NCBI GenBank assembly: GCA_965223425.1
Contig: OZ245003.1
Location: forward strand, 256,001 to 320,000
Direction: 5' to 3'
Source of the DNA: Nitrosopumilus sp.
Lineage (GTDB): Archaea > Thermoproteota > Nitrososphaeria > Nitrososphaerales > Nitrosopumilaceae
Length of the DNA: 64,000 nt
The number at the start of each line of letters is the position of its first letter. Positions within the stretch are counted from its first letter, which is position 1. The position numbers were made by a program, and so were the translations under genes. The notes beneath the pieces were generated by a model that was not told where the DNA came from, did not search any database, and worked only from the letters and a program-made list of their open reading frames with translations. Of this stretch, positions 20,944-31,722 are shown in pieces.

Positions 20944-22085
20944 CTCTTTGCCTTGGCTAGAACCTTCTCAAAGTTTCTTGACTTGATCGACAGATAACTC
21001 AGGGCATCAGTGTATGTTATTATATCCTTATCAAAATTATTGGCGACCAAAGAGACAAACCTGTTTCCAACCTCAGAAAGACATCTTTTGTCAGGCGACA
21101 CGACAATTCCCTTCTGTCCAGATTCTGTTTTCTTCTTGTTTTTGGAAACCGGTCTGCCAAGAACACTTTCAAACTCTGCCTTTGAGATGTGATTCAGATT
21201 TAGCATTTTGTGTAAAAGCACGGCTTTGCTGACCTTGTATTTTTTGGACAGCTTGTTCAGCGTTTCCGTATCGGTAAACTGCGTGTCTTCTTGAAACAAA
21301 TCTTCGTCTGTTTGTTCAGGCAACAAAAACGAAGACGAGAATGCATTGCACCATTTCTCTGTGTTGTTTCTTTCTACTGACGATTCCTTTGGAATGTCTA
21401 TTACAGTATCTCCGAGAAGAACATGACCAAACTCATGCATGAGCGTAAACAACCTTGCTTCTATACTGTCTTTTGAATTGACTACTATAACTGCCGGTAG
21501 TTCGTCTACTAATGCAAACCCCCTTGCATCCTCAATCTGCATTGAAAACTGGAAGACAAGAATGTTTACGTCTTCTAAAACGTCCCTCAGGTAATTAAAC
21601 AGCCTGTAAGCATCTCTGAATTGTATCTGTCTTTTCAATGTAAGGTCAAACATCCTCCTGTATTTCACGGCAGTGGCATTGGGATCATCTGTCAGGCTGG
21701 CCTTTTTTATTTTTGGTTTTGTATCACTTTTTATGTTCAAAGAGAGCTCCATTCCAAGATCTTGGAGGTTTCTTGATTTTCTAATTGCAAGAATTGTTTT
21801 TTTATCAAATACATCTTTTCTGCCTGGTAGGAATCGGTAGTCTCTCGGCAACGGCATTTGTTTCCTAGGTTCTGACAAAAGGAATGATGCCAAAGGATAC
21901 TTGTATAGCGATGCCATGTTTTTTAGCTGTCTTAACGTAGGGGATTTTGCTCCAGCTTCCAGGTCTTGGATGATCTGTAGAGTAGTGTTTAATCTCTTAC
22001 TTACTTCTTCTATTTTCCACCCGGAGCTCTCTCTGAGCCATTTCAGCACCTTTGGCTCCATCTTTACAACTAGTGGCTTTGTCAC
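20940..22085 (-). CDS. XRE-HTH + ImmA/IrrE-family Zn metallopeptidase
   Basis: N-terminal HTH (LKWLRESSG...PTLRQL); RLFTLMHEFGH; EKWCNAF. Confidence 0.9.
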   Translation of the reverse strand: MTKPLVVKMEPKVLKWLRESSGWKIEEVSKRLNTTLQIIQDLEAGAKSPTLRQLKNMASLYKYPLASFLLSEPRKQMPLPRDYRFLPGRKDVFDKKTILAIRKSRNLQDLGMELSLNIKSDTKPKIKKASLTDDPNATAVKYRRMFDLTLKRQIQFRDAYRLFNYLRDVLEDVNILVFQFSMQIEDARGFALVDELPAVIVVNSKDSIEARLFTLMHEFGHVLLGDTVIDIPKESSVERNNTEKWCNAFSSSFLLPEQTDEDLFQEDTQFTDTETLNKLSKKYKVSKAVLLHKMLNLNHISKAEFESVLGRPVSKNKKKTESGQKGIVVSPDKRCLSEVGNRFVSLVANNFDKDIITYTDALSYLSIKSRNFEKVLAKAKR

Positions 22086-22235
22086 ATCAATCCCTCACTT
22101 TGGCTGATCAGAAAGTTCTGTTCAGATGCCATACTCTATACTCCCCAGACTCTTCTTTATCTGTGCTTGTAGAATCCAGAAATGTACCGTATACAATCAG
22201 ATATTCATATAACACAATAACTTGATCTAACCATA

Positions 22236-22475
22236 ATGACTTTGATCATAGCCGATATTGGGGTTAACTGGGATGGGGACTTGGGCATTGTGGAAAAAAT
22301 GATTTCCAAATCAAAAGAGGCAGGCTGTAATGCAGTAAAATTTCAGGCATACAAAAAAGAGCAAGTCGAGAAGCATCAAGAAAGCTCAAGACTAGAAAAA
22401 GCAGCTATTTCTCAAGATAATGTCGGCTCCATTAATGATACCTGTGAAAAAATTAGGCTACAATTTTTCAAATAA
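22236..22475 (+). pseudogene. N-terminal fragment of a NeuB-family (sialic/nonulosonic acid) synthase
   Basis: IIADIGVNWDGD...AGCNAVKFQ; truncated at 79 aa. Confidence 0.75.
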
Positions 22476-22693
22476 ACTTGAAAATGACATGAAAAGATAC
22501 GAGCCAGAGCTTAGAATCTGACACATTTTTTAATTCTAAACGACTGGGATAACTTTGGGTTTTGTCGAGGCATTTTTCTCAAAATCTAAAAGTGCAAGAT
22601 CATGATTCTCCAAATCACGCTAGCAATGGTTCACAGTCGGATAAGAGACAATTTTGTATGGGAGGCTAGGATCATATATTCTATATTAAAAAA

Positions 22694-23230
22694 TCAAACC
22701 ATACCAGCTTCGGCATTTGTATCAGAAGATACGGAAAGTGATGTGTTATGCATAGCATGAATTATGGGATCCCCCGAATTATTGTAATAATCAGGATATA
22801 GGTAAGCATTAGTAAGTGTGGTCTTGGTTCGTACAAGCACTGGTGATTCTCCCTGTATCACAAATTCATTCCAAGGTTCAAAAGTTTGTTCGTTTATGAT
22901 ATAACCAAACAGATCTTGTTTTTTCTTCGAATCGATATATTCAGGCCGCCATGGCTTTGTTGGTTTTTTCTTTTCACCATGATTGACAAACCCAACTATC
23001 CCTTGGTATGAAATCAAATATTTCATATTTTCTGGAACCTTCGTTCCGGCAGGCATATTTGCAAGTTTATCATCAGATATTTTTAAAATATTGTTTGGAA
23101 TATTCCCAACACGTAAAAATCCTTTTACTGTATTATGTTCAATTTTATAAGTATTATATTCAAATTTTTTAACTTTAAACAAAAGAGGCACCATATCTTC
23201 TGGGCCGATTGAAATAGAAAATTCTGACAT
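22694..23230 (-). CDS. Hypothetical protein with internal two-fold similarity
   Basis: 178-aa ORF; FEYNTYKI vs FEPWNEFVI; third gene of a tight operon. Confidence 0.6.
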   Translation of the reverse strand: MSEFSISIGPEDMVPLLFKVKKFEYNTYKIEHNTVKGFLRVGNIPNNILKISDDKLANMPAGTKVPENMKYLISYQGIVGFVNHGEKKKPTKPWRPEYIDSKKKQDLFGYIINEQTFEPWNEFVIQGESPVLVRTKTTLTNAYLYPDYYNNSGDPIIHAMHNTSLSVSSDTNAEAGMV

Positions 23231-23231
23231 T

Positions 23232-23639
23232 TTATATAGTTAAATCGATTAACAATTCAGGAATATGTCTTTGGTTATTTGAAATAGATTTTCCTTTGAA
23301 CTCTTTTTCACCATACTCTGAAATAACTTCAGAAGCATTAGATGTAATCTGTATGTTGGAGCCATCATTCCAAAACAATTCTCCAAACATATCAACTTCA
23401 AGCACTTCTTTGACTTGTCCCATACGATATGCCATTTTTCCAGATTTGGTATAACCATCTTCTGAAAGCAAACCATATCGACACATTGGACAAATCAAGC
23501 CATCAAAAACTCCTAAAAAAACATCGTCCAAAAAACAAGGAACTAAACCTTCAACAAGAAGTGTTTTACAATCGGGACATCCAAAGTCTCCAGATTTTAA
23601 TTGGATAGGGTCTTTCTCTGCCAAATTATTTTCAGCCAT
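23232..23639 (-). CDS. Zn-ribbon protein (YgiT/MqsA-antitoxin-like)
   Basis: CPDC...CPMC followed by an acidic tail. Confidence 0.55.
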   Translation of the reverse strand: MAENNLAEKDPIQLKSGDFGCPDCKTLLVEGLVPCFLDDVFLGVFDGLICPMCRYGLLSEDGYTKSGKMAYRMGQVKEVLEVDMFGELFWNDGSNIQITSNASEVISEYGEKEFKGKSISNNQRHIPELLIDLTI

Positions 23640-23655
23640 ATCTTTATCTTAATAA

Positions 23656-23874
23656 CTATTCAATGTATATAGTTTTTAAAATCAACTTACAGGTATATCT
23701 TCGTAAAACAACTATGACAGAACCTAACTTTATCTTGTAAATGCATTTCTGAATCTCACTTTTACTGCCTTTATCAAGTATTTTGTCTATTGTTTGTTTT
23801 GAAATGTGTCTTTGTTTCATTCTATCTCTTATGTGTACAGAGTAATATCTGGTACAGTTTCTGAAAGGATCCAA
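23656..23874 (-). CDS. DUF4258-like small basic toxin candidate
   Basis: YSVHIRDRMKQRHIS...ILKTIY fits the HxxxRMxxRxI pattern. Confidence 0.6.
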   Translation of the reverse strand: MDPFRNCTRYYSVHIRDRMKQRHISKQTIDKILDKGSKSEIQKCIYKIKLGSVIVVLRRYTCKLILKTIYIE

Positions 23875-24025
23875 GTCATAAACTCATAATCTTGTTGTCT
23901 GAGGTCATACATGTCATTATGGTAACACTAGAATAGGATTATTTAAAATGATCCTTGATTGATTCTTGATTCTGTTGGGTTATGGGGATATGAAATATTG
24001 ATCTTCTCCAGATTGAAAACCACGT

Positions 24026-24795
24026 CTAAACAGAATCATTGCTTAATGATGCATTCTGGATAATAGTCTTCCACTTGTTTGCACCGTCAACCTCCATCTT
24101 TGAGGCCTGTGCTGGCGTTCTGCCTTTCAATGCTCCGTGCTTTTTGGTGAAATTGTAAGACTCTCATGCCATCCAAGACACAGGAGTATCCATCTTTTTG
24201 AGATGGTACCATGTCATGGTGGAGGGAACAAACGATACATGCCATCCAAGACACAGGAGTATCCATCTTTTTGAGACCTCTAAACACTTTCTCACGATCT
24301 CTTATTTTACCGTTCAGTCTTTCCATTTTGTTGTTGTCTCTGTCTCTTTTGCCTGCAAGATGGACATGTCTGACATGATTGGTTTTCTTTTCAAACACTT
24401 TCTTGGATGATTTCATGCAAGCTGGCAAACCGTCAGTGATGAAATTTCTTGGATTCTTTCCAGCTTGTAGTTTTGTAATGGATAGCAGGTTGTCTTCATT
24501 GTGCTGTAACTTGCTGTCTGCAATATCACTAGCCAGCCAGCATCTTGTATCATCATTCATACTTGATTATCATGTGTTCAAACAAATAATTCCGTTTACC
24601 GTTGATTTTTACCCATATTTCATCTGCCCTGAACAAGTAACCAACTCTGGGAACTATACCGTTTAGATACTCTGATGCCATCTTGGAGTATTTGCCAATC
24701 CATCTGTAGACTGTTGATTGGTTAACCTCAATTCCCATCATCTCATAATGGTTTGAAATATCCCTTACAAACATTCCCGAATAATACATTTGCAA
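24026..24795 (-). pseudogene. IS6-family transposase, frameshifted
   Basis: RADEIW, FITDGLP, NNKMERLNG, NKWKTIIQNA; paralogue of 3010-3949. Confidence 0.85.
24165..24276. repeat. 39-bp direct duplication around a 34-bp filler
   Basis: catgccatccaagacacaggagtatccatctttttgaga at 24165-24203 and 24238-24276. Confidence 0.95.
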
Positions 24796-24814
24796 ATTTA
24801 GTTTTAATTATAAA

Positions 24815-25130
24815 GGTAGTAGATCTGTTGGCTCCAGTCTAGACGAATAGCCCCATTTCAAGGCGTACAAGATCCGCCACGTTGACGAGGAAGCGTGGAT
24901 GCTCCACCTTAGGATTGCTCCCTCCCGGACCTCATCCCTTTCGATGGTTCGGTCTTAGAAGTTATCCCTTCGGATAATCCTAGTCCTGCAACCACCCGCC
25001 TCGGCGTGATTTCATTTCCGCACGCCAAGCGGGAACCACCCATCTAGAGATTTACCCAACAGTTGCTGATCTCTGCATATAGCCGGTTTCAGAACAGGGC
25101 ACGGCTGGCACCCCAATCCTACCTACTACC
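24815..25130 (-). ncRNA. ffs: Archaeal signal recognition particle (7S) RNA
   Basis: Terminal helix ggtagtaggt/atctactacc; helix-8-like aggtccgggagggagcaatcct; GNRA-capped hairpin catc-gaaa-gggatg; about 316 nt. Confidence 0.85.
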
Positions 25131-25163
25131 GTTTTTTCATAAAGAAAGCATGTTATATTTGCA

Positions 25164-26078
25164 TTAGGTTTTGTTTTCCTTTAGTTTTAAGACCATGCTA
25201 CATACAGAGCATACGTTCCCTGTACATTCACTGCCACATTTTTCACAAACTGTTTTTTCTTTATAGTTGGTGTTCTTTACAATTTGAGATACTTTGAGAA
25301 CTGATTGGTACAAATTATTTTTAATTCCACTGTGTTGGTTTTCCAATGAATTTAGAAATTCACGAATTTCTGTTCTTATCCCTTCATTCATGTGTGGACA
25401 AGGCTCTGATTGAAATGGAATGTTGTTTGTAAATGCATAAAATACAATTTCGGATTCATAAATTTCACAAAACGGCTTTATTTTTCTCAAAGAATTTGCA
25501 GATGTGTCAGGATCCATCCAGCCAATCTTGTTTGTATCTCCTGAAAGCATGTTTATTACGAATGTTTGTAACGTATCGTCTAGATTGTGGCCTGTTGCAA
25601 TCACATCTGCTCCAATATCTTTGGCTGCAAAATCAATTGCACGTCTTCTCAGAGTGCCACAAATTGAACATGACGAAGTCTTTTCATTTTCTCTCAACTC
25701 TAACGCTTCATCAAGTGTCAATTCAAAAAGATCTTTGTAAGAATAAACTTTGTGTTCCACGTTTAATTCATTACAAAATTTTTCCACAATTTCTAGTGCC
25801 TCATTTCTATAACCTGGGATCCCTTCATCAATTGTAATTGCCTTGATTCTAAAATTGTGAGTTGATGCCATTTCATGAATGATTTTTAATAATGCAAGCG
25901 AGTCCTTTCCCCCTGAGACGGCGACGGCCACCAGCTCATTATTTTGAATCATGTTGTGTTTTGAAATAGTCTTGGCAGTCTTTCTCACAACGGAGTTTGA
26001 GAAGCATGCCGAGCATAGATTCTGACCCGAGTATTTTCTAGTATAGACTGCCTGATTTTCACACCTATCGCATTTCAT
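25164..26078 (-). CDS. tRNA 2-thiolation protein, TtuA/NcsA (TIGR00269-type)
   Basis: PP-loop SGGKDS, CSIC..RR, TGHNLDD, terminal Zn fingers. Confidence 0.9.
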   Translation of the reverse strand: MKCDRCENQAVYTRKYSGQNLCSACFSNSVVRKTAKTISKHNMIQNNELVAVAVSGGKDSLALLKIIHEMASTHNFRIKAITIDEGIPGYRNEALEIVEKFCNELNVEHKVYSYKDLFELTLDEALELRENEKTSSCSICGTLRRRAIDFAAKDIGADVIATGHNLDDTLQTFVINMLSGDTNKIGWMDPDTSANSLRKIKPFCEIYESEIVFYAFTNNIPFQSEPCPHMNEGIRTEIREFLNSLENQHSGIKNNLYQSVLKVSQIVKNTNYKEKTVCEKCGSECTGNVCSVCSMVLKLKENKT

Positions 26079-26121
26079 GAACTTGGGTATTTTTTTTCAT
26101 TAATGATTCTTTAGGTACTTT

Positions 26122-27318
26122 CTATATCGTAAACCATCCAGACTTGACGTAAGACAAGGCAATGTTGAGACCAAACAAGACAAAGGTGAATGCGTAAATT
26201 CCCCACATGACGCCATTTACTGCTTTTTCTGAAATTCTTTTGTCAATTATCGTGTGAATGAATTTTCCTCCGTCTAAAATTGGCAATGGAAGCATGTTGA
26301 TAATTCCTATGAAAAATGATATCATCCAAAGCCATAGCAAAAACATTGAAACATTTGGATCATTCCATTCAATGAAATTCATTACGGGCTTGTATGCAAA
26401 TGAATTGTCTCTCATGATTCCTATCAATCCCCTTTCAGGATCATCTGGTGCCGGTATGATATCTACATCAAATTCTAGTGTCTGACCATCTCTGAGCACA
26501 GAAACACTTGCCGTTTCTCCAGGATTCAAACTGGGAAAATCAGCAGGACTAAAGATCGGTATATCATTAATCGAAGTAATGATGTCGTTTGCCAACAAAC
26601 CTGCCTTTTCTGCTCCAGAACTTTCTATGATTGAAAGTATCAGAACTCCTTCAGGCAAGTCATAAAATGTGCTTAGAAGTGGTTCGGGTAATATCACTGC
26701 AAAAAATGGATTTGTTAGTAAAATAGCGCCCAAAACAAATGCAAAAATTACGTTAGACGTAGCTCCTGCCCCGATCACTCTTAATTTTGAAATCCTTTTT
26801 GCTTTATCAAATTCCTCCTCATCTGGTTCTACAAATCCTGCAAACAATGCAATGAATATCGCAAATCCCCCTGTTTTGATCTTTATTTTCTCTAGAGCAG
26901 CTACTATGCCATGTGCTCCCTCATGCATAATTAACACAATTGGGATTGATAGCAGAAAATATGTAATTGCCGGTCCGGACGTTAGCGTTACTCCTGGAAT
27001 TAGCACTGTTAATTCTGCAAATTCGTTTTGTGCAACAAAAAAGTTTGATACATTATTTAACAAAAACCAGAACGCAAAGCCCATCATCATAAAACCTGCA
27101 ATTACACTTGCATCGGCAAAAACCCTGATTCCTCTTTTTGTTCTACCAAGCAGTTTTATTAAAACCGAATTGACTTCTTTGTTTTTGTATACCAGGCTGT
27201 ATGCCTTTAGTTCAAAACCATATTTTTCTAATTTTAGGGCTTTTGCAATCACTATCACAATAACCCAAGCAATTAACACGTAAATTATTGCATTCTGAGT
27301 AATAAAATCAAGGTCCAA
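26122..27318 (-). CDS. Site-2 protease (M50) with PDZ domain
   Basis: HEGAH, NMLPLPILDGG, AEKAGL..NDII. Confidence 0.92.
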   Translation of the reverse strand: MDLDFITQNAIIYVLIAWVIVIVIAKALKLEKYGFELKAYSLVYKNKEVNSVLIKLLGRTKRGIRVFADASVIAGFMMMGFAFWFLLNNVSNFFVAQNEFAELTVLIPGVTLTSGPAITYFLLSIPIVLIMHEGAHGIVAALEKIKIKTGGFAIFIALFAGFVEPDEEEFDKAKRISKLRVIGAGATSNVIFAFVLGAILLTNPFFAVILPEPLLSTFYDLPEGVLILSIIESSGAEKAGLLANDIITSINDIPIFSPADFPSLNPGETASVSVLRDGQTLEFDVDIIPAPDDPERGLIGIMRDNSFAYKPVMNFIEWNDPNVSMFLLWLWMISFFIGIINMLPLPILDGGKFIHTIIDKRISEKAVNGVMWGIYAFTFVLFGLNIALSYVKSGWFTI

Positions 27319-27667
27319 ACTGATTGTTAATTTTTTAAAGTACGTACATTTATCGGTTACTGTGCATGTAAAAACTCCCCTTAATTAGGATTAGATGATA
27401 TAATACACATGCAAAAACTTCAGAAGGTTAGAATTTGGATACTCTTGTACAAGATAGATTATCCAAACTACTGATTCATGACAAGACGCAATAACAAAAG
27501 CAAAATCAAGATTTGATAAATTCTGTAATCCATAAAATGGTTTAGTCAGGGTGGCAAATAAGCAGACAAATCCAATGAATTGAAGACTGCCATAAACAAT
27601 GCAAACAAAATGGAGATTGTTGTAAGGACGACTTTATGTGTCTATGAATTAAGGAACTGCCTGATCC

Positions 27668-28742
27668 GGGGTTGTTGCCAAATTCACCCCCATGATCTAA
27701 TTTTGTGATTTTGTACACATATTGATCAGAGAGGATGTGAGTTCTCTAATGAGTGATCATAAGAGACGTGATCAGTACTGGAAGTACTATCACGAGGCCC
27801 ACACCCAAGAACTGGATTTTCTCACGTCCCATATAGTTTCTTTGATTGTGAAAAATCCGTGTCCTGTCCGGGACAGACAGTCCGGTCCTGGACGCAACCG
27901 GGTTCACAGCAGGAACAAGCTGGCATGCATCTGCATACTCATGGTATGTCTAAACTACACATACCGGGATATGGAGAACCTTGTATCCAAGCTTAAGCTG
28001 CCGTGGGACGAACCCGTACCTGATCACACTACTGTCTCCAAGTTCATGCAAAAGATTCCTGTTGCATGGCTTGAAGATATCATTGCCTGCACGGCAGCAT
28101 CGTGCCTTGCAGGATTTGATGCCTCTGATCTCACGCTGGCATCAGACAGCAGCGGCGTTGCCACTGACAGGTATGAAAGAGTGCAAAAAAAAGGCCAGAA
28201 ACAGGCACAACAGGAGGCAAAGCGTCAAAAGAAATACCTGAAATGGCACGTGGCCTCGGTACTGGGCCTGCAGGTCATACTCTCCTGCCGCATCACATCC
28301 AACAGGATGGCAGACACTACAGTCTTTGCCTCGCTGCTAAAGAAGATCAAAAAGACAGGCATTGCCTTTGCAGGCAGGTTCAATGCAGACAGGGGGTATG
28401 ATTCTGATAGGAACTGCAAGCTTGTCTTTGGTGCCGGCATGACCCCGAACATAAAGCAGAGGGGCAATGCCGTGAACAGAACAAAAAAGTTCAGGAAAAA
28501 GGCCGCAGGACTGTTTGACGTGGAGATCTACAAGAAACGAGGCATGATAGAGGGAATATTTGGAGCAGAGGAGACAGAAGGTCACCGGTTGCTGTGCAGG
28601 TTCAGAAAGACATCCACAAGAAGGCGGTTTGGACTGTGCAAGACAATAGGATGGAACCTTGAGGTGTTAAACCGTTTGGAGTGTGCAGCAAGGCAGAATA
28701 TTGTGGTGGTGGCAGCTTAGATGTGAATTTGGCAACAACCCC
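27668..28742 (+). mobile_element. Intact IS5-family element (transposase 27722-28720)
   Basis: Perfect 20-bp TIR ggggttgttgccaaattcac; 9-bp TSD gcctgatcc; PDHTT, SDSSG, ADRGYDS, YKKRGMIE. Confidence 0.95.
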
Positions 28743-29046
28743 GCCTGATCCACAAACTTGAGTTATTTTGGCGATCCTTCCAAGATAGTAGATTTTATGC
28801 GTGATTTGATTTATCCAGAACTGATCGCATGCTACGCAAAACAGAGGCTTGGGAAGATACGGTAATTCCTAACCCACGTAGTATTGGACAAAGTGGCTGC
28901 TTTCCAGCTTGTTTATCGCATTAGTAGCAAACAGGTTTTTTCTTTTCGGACACAACACATCACACACAAACCTATTGCTAAAAGGTATCCAGTGTTTTTA
29001 ATAATAAATAATATTTATATTCTATTTTCACTGGATATCATATATC

Positions 29047-29907
29047 ATGGTTTCAATTATCAGGCGTAAAAAAGGCAAAAACGAATACTGCATACTGATA
29101 CACAATACAGGAAAACATCAACATGAAAAATATCTAGGCAAATCAATTCCCAAGGACATCGATGAAATCAAAAGAGAATTCTTGCTATCAATATTGCGCA
29201 AAGATTGGAAAATCAAGCTAGATAAAATAAAAAAAGGATATGCAAAACAACCAAAAAAACTAATCACAGAACATCTGAAAGAATTTTCATTAGGATTTAC
29301 CCACGATTCGCAAAAAATAGAAGGATCAACGCTGACAAAAAAAGAGACTTACAATCTGCTAAGGTTCTCACTAACGCCTAGTAGCAAACCAGAAGAAGAC
29401 ATGATAGAGGCTCAAAAACACCACAAAGTATATCTCAAAATGTTAGAAAAAATGCCAATGCTGACAGAGAAGACCATGTTGTCATGGCATAAAGAAATGT
29501 TTGAAAAAACAAAACCTGAATTTGCAGGAAAAATAAGAGCGTATCCTGTCCATGTTACAAACAGCGAGTCGACATTTCCACATTGGAAATTTGTGCCAAA
29601 ATTTGTAAAACAGCTTCTAAAAGAGTACAGAGGTTTGGAAAAAAGGATAGAGCCTATAGAGTTAGCTGGCATGATTCATTTTAGATTTGTAAGCATACAC
29701 CCATTTGGAGATGGCAACGGCAGAGTCTCAAGATTTTTGACGAATTACATATTGATAAAAAACAACTGCCCTCCATTGAACATAAAATACACAGACAGGG
29801 ATGATTACTATGAGGCACTAGAGAAAGGGCAAACACAAACAAATGAGATTCATTTCCTAAAGTGGTTTATGAAATATTATATCAAATCAAGCAAAAAATA
29901 TCTCTAA
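29047..29907 (+). CDS. Fic-domain protein
   Basis: Canonical HPFGDGNGRVSR; SQKIEGST. Confidence 0.93.
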   Translation: MVSIIRRKKGKNEYCILIHNTGKHQHEKYLGKSIPKDIDEIKREFLLSILRKDWKIKLDKIKKGYAKQPKKLITEHLKEFSLGFTHDSQKIEGSTLTKKETYNLLRFSLTPSSKPEEDMIEAQKHHKVYLKMLEKMPMLTEKTMLSWHKEMFEKTKPEFAGKIRAYPVHVTNSESTFPHWKFVPKFVKQLLKEYRGLEKRIEPIELAGMIHFRFVSIHPFGDGNGRVSRFLTNYILIKNNCPPLNIKYTDRDDYYEALEKGQTQTNEIHFLKWFMKYYIKSSKKYL

Positions 29908-30118
29908 AAACTCACTATAACCATGTGCCAAAACCATACAGGAAATTAGATGGTACTTGCACTCGTGTCAAAAACTGCAAGAAAGCCAGAATTGCAAACA
30001 GATACACGCCCTAGGAAGAATAACAAGAAGAGGATGGTAAATCTGGGCATAAAATATGCGGTTCTAATAAATGAGAACAAGGGAAACTGGCAACTAGACT
30101 TGGTAAACTGTTTTAACG

Positions 30119-31409
30119 GGTTCTGTGAAGTTATCGGGAGTTAACCCCTATAACTCGACTTTGACATATCGACTATTCGGATTGCCAATGGTGTGCCGGA
30201 TTCCGTCATCGCCGGCTCAAAAGTGCCGGACTGCGCTTCACATATGTCATCTCTACTGCCCCTAAACCTAGGGGGCAGCTTGCGTGATATGTTGTTCATG
30301 GCAGCGACAATATCCCTGCCCATAAACAAACCGCAATTATTACACGACAGTTTACGATGCTGTTGCATGTCCTCTTGGAGTCTCTTTCCGCATTGCGGAC
30401 ACTGCGTGCTCGTGTTTCTTGGGTCTACTGTCTCGACTGGCGGGAGCCCGACCCATCGGGCTTTGTATTCTATTTGGCGTTGCAGCTCGTAGAATTGCCA
30501 CCCGTTCAATCTGCGCCTGTACTTGTTGCCCTGACCATTTCCTTTTTTGTAGAGTTTTCTAATTCCTTTCAGGTTTTCTAGAACGATTGCAGCCTTTTCT
30601 TTGACGGCATTATCCACAATATCCTTTGATATTTTGTGGATGTACTGCTTTGTTCTGTCAGTCAGTCTTCTCTGTTTTTCCTTCCAGAACTGGTTTTTCT
30701 TCCTGCGGTCATTTCTGTGGAAGCCTGCCCTGGCGTGTACTGTGTTCTCCTTTATGGATAGCAGCTTGTTTGTCTTGTAGACTGTCACCCCTTCCCCGTT
30801 CCCACACGTCACATTTCTTAGGTTTCTGTCTATTCCAACTTTCTTGGTGCACTCTATCTCTTGTACTTTTTTTGAAACACAAAGACTGATGTTGAGGGCA
30901 GTCAGTGAAAACGAGCGCACCGTCAGGGCGGGATCAGACAGGATTTTTTGGGCGTGATCGTTGAGTAAAATGTTGATTGGGTTATGCTTCTTGTATGGGA
31001 TTGTTAGTAGTGCACCGTTGTGTTTTATGCCGTAACAGTTTGTCATAAAGGGATTTTTGACTATTGGGTCCCTTATTCTGACACCTCGTTTGACTGATTG
31101 TTTTCTGTTTGATAATATGCCTGCAGCTCTTGATATTGCACATATCTTGTATGTTGATAAAATGTCATAGTTACGCAATTCGTGATAACATAACATGGAC
31201 AGCCTCTTCATATTGTGAGTGTCTTCTTTCAACCCTATCTTGATGCAATGATTGGCCATCTTTGTGAATGTAGCCGCCATATCCATTAGGTCAGAGTTCG
31301 GCGCATATTTCTGTGATATTGGCTTTATCGCCTTCAGCGAATATCTTGCGGTTTGGAGGCTTGTACATTTTGGGAATTGACATATAACTCCCGATAACTT
31401 CGCAGAACC
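30119..31409 (-). mobile_element. Non-autonomous element: tnpB gene bounded by 25-bp IS6-like TIRs
   Basis: ggttctgtgaagttatcgggagtta (30119-30143) vs reverse complement of taactcccgataacttcgcagaacc (31385-31409), 24/25 match. No TSD seen. Confidence 0.8.
30141..31368 (-). CDS. tnpB: TnpB-family RNA-guided nuclease (start codon uncertain; nearest ATG is out of frame)
   Basis: RuvC GIDRN / LENLKGI / RDIVAA; Zn finger CPQC..CNNC; QIEYKA. Confidence 0.85.
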
Positions 31410-31410
31410 T

Positions 31411-31722
31411 ATGAAACCAGCAATAATAATCTCTACATATCCTGACAAGAAATCAATTACCAAAATTGCAAATGTGCTTGTAAAAAATAAGACAGTTGCA
31501 TGTGTGAATATTTCAAAAATTTCTTCAATTTATTCCTGGAAAGGCAAGACAGAAAATACATCCGAATATATCGCCATATTCAAAACTACGACAAAAAACA
31601 CGAAACTATTAAAAATGAAAATTGAAGAAACCCACCCATATGATGTGCCTGAAATAGCAGAAGTTGATATTGCCTCCATTAACAAACCGTATCTTAAATG
31701 GCTAATCGACTCGACAAACTAA
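31411..31722 (+). CDS. cutA: Divalent-cation tolerance protein CutA
   Basis: ACVN, SIYSWKG, HPYDVPEI. Confidence 0.95.
   Translation: MKPAIIISTYPDKKSITKIANVLVKNKTVACVNISKISSIYSWKGKTENTSEYIAIFKTTTKNTKLLKMKIEETHPYDVPEIAEVDIASINKPYLKWLIDSTN

Noticed and set aside
24815-25130. RNase P RNA
   Set aside because: It lacks the GAGGAAAGUCC-type P4 motif and has SRP helix 8 instead.
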